64,000 nt of DNA from Camelus dromedarius. Lineage: Eukaryota. Positions 60,577-64,000 of this stretch are shown here, piece by piece; positions within the stretch are counted from its first letter, which is position 1, and each line of letters opens with the position of its first letter. The notes under the pieces were generated by a model, which was not told the DNA's origin, did no database searches, and saw only the letters and a program-made list of their open reading frames with translations. Location: NCBI RefSeq assembly GCF_036321535.1, contig NC_087436.1:21702001-21766000 (forward strand), in the 5' to 3' direction. A program made the translations under genes and the position numbers.

Positions 60577-61205
60577 CTTAAAAATCAAGCGATAAAGCCG
60601 GAAAAGGACAAAGCCTCCTTCTCCTCCAACAACCAGTAGGGTGTTTCACTTCTGACACATGAAAGACGGACAATTCCAAGCTTCAGGGACAGGGGCTTGG
60701 GCAGAAATTTGGGCTGTGATTCTGGAATCTAGACAAGTTACAGCTGGAAAAGATCTATAGATGGGGAATCTGAGGGCATGCCTGGCCTGTGGACTCTCCA
60801 CACTGGAGATTTAATGCTGATCTTTAGGAGAAGATTACCAGGCGGGCCTCCTCCTGGATCAGAATTTCATTTCCCAGGTCTGCACCCCTCTGACCACAAG
60901 GCAACCTGGGCCTCCTCAATCTCGGGTCTCCACATAGAATTTCGTTTTCTTTTTCAGCCACATGTGGTACAATTCACTGATCTTTACCTCACATGGCTGG
61001 CTTCCATTCTACAGCTCTGAAAAAATGTCTGTTTCCTTAAGCAGGTCTTATAAGAACCCTCAACTTGGATGTCTATAGGTTTGTGGTGTTTGTGTTTTAG
61101 CCTTAGATGTGATGAGGCAGGCCCCTAGATAGGAATAAAATAGAATTCCACATCCTAAAAATGTTAAGTTGTTTAAAATGGAATTTTTTTTTTTGGAAAA
61201 GCACT

Positions 61206-61551
61206 TGTGTCTTAGTCTGTTTGTGCTGCTATAGACTGGGTGGCTTATAAACAACAGAAATTTATTTCTCATCGTTCTGGAGGCTGGAAGTCTGAAATCA
61301 CGGTGCCCACTTGGTCAGGTTCTGGTGAGGACCCTGGTTGTCAACTGCCGACTTCTCAGGTGTCTTCACGTGGCAGAAGGAGAGTGAGCTAGCTCTCTGG
61401 TCCCTTCTTACAAGGGCACTAACCCCATTCACGAGGACTCCACCATCACGACCTAATCACCTCCCAAAGTTCCCACCGCCTAATACCATCACACTGGAGA
61501 TTAGATTTCAACATTGAAAACTGGAGGGAAACCAATGTTCAGTCTGTAACA
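61206..61551 (-). mobile_element. MaLR solo LTR (MLT1A0-like)
   Basis: tgtcttagtctgtttgtgctgctat..gggtggcttataaacaacagaaatttatttctca..gacctaatcacctcccaaag..ttcagtctgtaaca. Confidence 0.9.
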
Positions 61552-63319
61552 GGATATGGTTTGGGGAAATGAAATAAATAGCTCCCTAAGTACATGGAAA
61601 AATATTAAAGAAGAAATAGGGAAAATAGAACATACGGCGAGTGAAGCAGCACGTAGGTCAGGAATGAGAAAATTCAAGTTTCTAATCGTCTCTTTTGGAT
61701 GGTGCACCTAACCCTCCAGGCCTTAGGAACAGTTTTCTATGCGGTTAACTGTTTAGTAATTTTTAAAAATCAGAGTCAGATATGGAATATGTGATGAGAC
61801 CATAATATCTATCACACTTTTAATTACTGGTCGCTGATTCATATGGTCAAGCTGGCTTCAAGGAGTTCTCTCTCCTCCCAAATCCACGTGCCACAGGCAG
61901 AAGCCAGGAGCTTAAAATAGAACCTTACTGGATGGGACAGAATAGAGTCACAGAATCACGGCATTGGAAGTGCCTTCAGGAGGCCTTTGAGGAATGTGAA
62001 TTTATTAAGTACATCGGGTGTTACTGCTTCATGAAGATGTCCGTCGAACTGGGGTCAAAGAGACAGAAGGGACAGAAGGTATGTGTTGAGAAGTGGGAAA
62101 TACATCTTGTTTTCACGTTTAAGCTGAGTTTTTATTGTACTGTGCAGTCCAGATTTCCTGCAGAGATCAGCTAATCAGCATCGTACTCCCTAGCTCTCTC
62201 TGTATAGTTGGGGCCATTGTCATGACTGGGCATATTTTTTGACACTGTTAGCTCCTTTTTCTTTAAAAAATTACAACAACAACAACAAAGCTTCTGTTTT
62301 TGCCCTGTTGTTTATGCTAGTCCTGTAGCTTACTTTTAACACTTGATGAATGAAACTACCCCACGAAGTTCTGATTATATAGCATACACTGGCCTTTTCT
62401 TTGTCATATTCCTTTTTGCTGTTTCTCAGTGTCATATTATTTTTACAGTTGTACTCCAGACATGGCATGTGCCTGCAGAGTACCTGGGTCTTTCTGCAGG
62501 GGGTGTGCTTCATTCTTTTGCATACTGTATTAATTCCTGACTCTTCTGTTTTCTAAATACTTTTCCTCATTAAGTTCTCTTGTCTGGTATTTTGCGTTTT
62601 ATCACCCTGTTTCTAGAATCTCCCGTGAGTTTCACATTAAATTATCTAAAGGACAGTAGTGTAGGTCATAACCCTTCACTCCCCAGGAGCTCTCAAAGCA
62701 TCCCACTCCCTATGAGGATAACATTTAAATTCCTTTTCGTTGCGTCCGTGCTTATCATCTGACCTCGTGGGCTCCTTGTTCACTCGTTCCTCTAAGGACC
62801 CAGCAATCTGACCAGACCCATTTCCTAGGGCCCCTCATAGACGGACCCCTCAGCCTTGTCCCATGGTCTGTGCCGCTGTCACTGCCTGCTCTCAGACCCC
62901 TTCCCATTGCTTCCCAGTGATCTGAAGCCCACCCAGGCTTTGGCCCGCTCCTCTGACCCCCTCAAGAGCTTCATCCTGCCCTGTCTACCCAGTGTGTAGA
63001 CACCTGCCTCCCCCAGCTCTGCATCGGCCCTGCAGAGCCACAGCTGTTTGGTAAATATCATAAAATGGTACCGAACAAGATTTTTGTCTTTTTTTCACCC
63101 TTTCCCCTACTGAAACATATTCTTTAAAAAAAAAAAAAAATGGGACTCATGCTGCTTTGTCAAGGTCATTCTAAAATGAGCTTTATTTTTCCTGAGTGGT
63201 GCCATTGAGTGACTCATTTTCTTCTCTATATACTTCTGTATTTTCCAAATACTCTTTACTAGAAAATAATGCAGTTAGTTTTTGTAGTAATAACAACAAA
63301 CCCTTAGCTTGTGGCAACA

Positions 63320-63430
63320 GCCATCTAGAGTAGGCATCATTATTCCTATTCCGCATGTTAGGTAATTTACTTGAAACTAGCCCAAGTCTGTCTGACTCTA
63401 AAGCGGATGCTCTTAACCATCATACTCCTT
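63320..63430 (-). mobile_element. MIR fragment
   Basis: gtaggcatcattattcctatt..cccaagtctgtctgactctaaagc..tgctcttaaccat. Confidence 0.65.
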
Positions 63431-63589
63431 TTAATGATCAGGAAAAAGAGCTTTAATCATTTTAAAAAATATTTTTGAGAGCATTAGTAATTCCTCTTAA
63501 TTTAATATCAATGACAAGATTATATATTTGCCATTCCTTTATTCCGGGTTCATGAGAGATTATATTTTGACCACACCAGTATATAGATA

Positions 63590-64000
63590 TCTTATCCCAC
63601 ATGTACTTCTCACATGACTAACGTGCCTCCCCTTGAAGATGGGATCTGTTACTACAGCTGGAGTCTGTGAGTAGGGTCTCCAACTAATAGACAATGACAG
63701 AAGTGAAGCTCTGGCTTCTGAAGCCGGGTCACAAAAAGTACGTGGCACCTGGTTTTCTCTCTCTCAGTGTAACCCAGTCCCAGTGGATAAACACTAATAA
63801 TTAAGAGGGAGCAGGTTCATTCTGGGAGTTAGACCAGATATTAAGCAAGAAGTAAATTGTATAATTTTATGTAAAACAAGACATTTATTTTGAGGAAACA
63901 AAGGGAAAGCAAACGTTTAAATAGTAGGCATGAGAAAAAGCTGAAGGAAAAAGAGAGATGGGGATCCTCCATAAGACATTTATTTAGGCAGCACACAATT
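63590..64000. mobile_element. MLT1-like fragment (+, to ~63760) abutted by a probable antisense ERV LTR from 63768 running off the window
   Basis: ctccccttgaa..ccaactaatag..gacagaagtga..cttctgaagccgggtcacaaaaa; then tgtaacccag.. with reverse polyA tttatt near 63885. Confidence 0.45.

Overview
Mammalian nuclear DNA, very probably camelid: two tRNA-derived SINEs of the vic-1 type and cetartiodactyl-type L1 3' ends are present. The window is AT-rich, CpG-depleted and heavily populated by interspersed repeats (L1, L2, L3/CR1, MIR, MaLR/ERVL/ERV1 LTRs, hAT MITEs, microsatellites). I recognise no host protein-coding gene, rRNA, tRNA gene or CRISPR array; nearly all ORF-track entries are repeat-derived or chance. 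Most LTRs and L1s lie on the minus strand, which suggests (inference) a long intron of a plus-strand gene. The least explained sequence is 1.5-3.65 kb: a ~125-nt element duplicated at a 2020-bp offset (about 90% identical), with H/ACA-snoRNA-like and micro-exon-like readings, next to a multi-stem fold-back. Also notable: a solo LTR with a CCAAT array and two octamers, a nested CR1/L1/LTR stack, and a few unrecognised splice-bounded segments. Repeat subfamily names and boundaries are by eye and approximate. I cannot support a claim of a new biological system.
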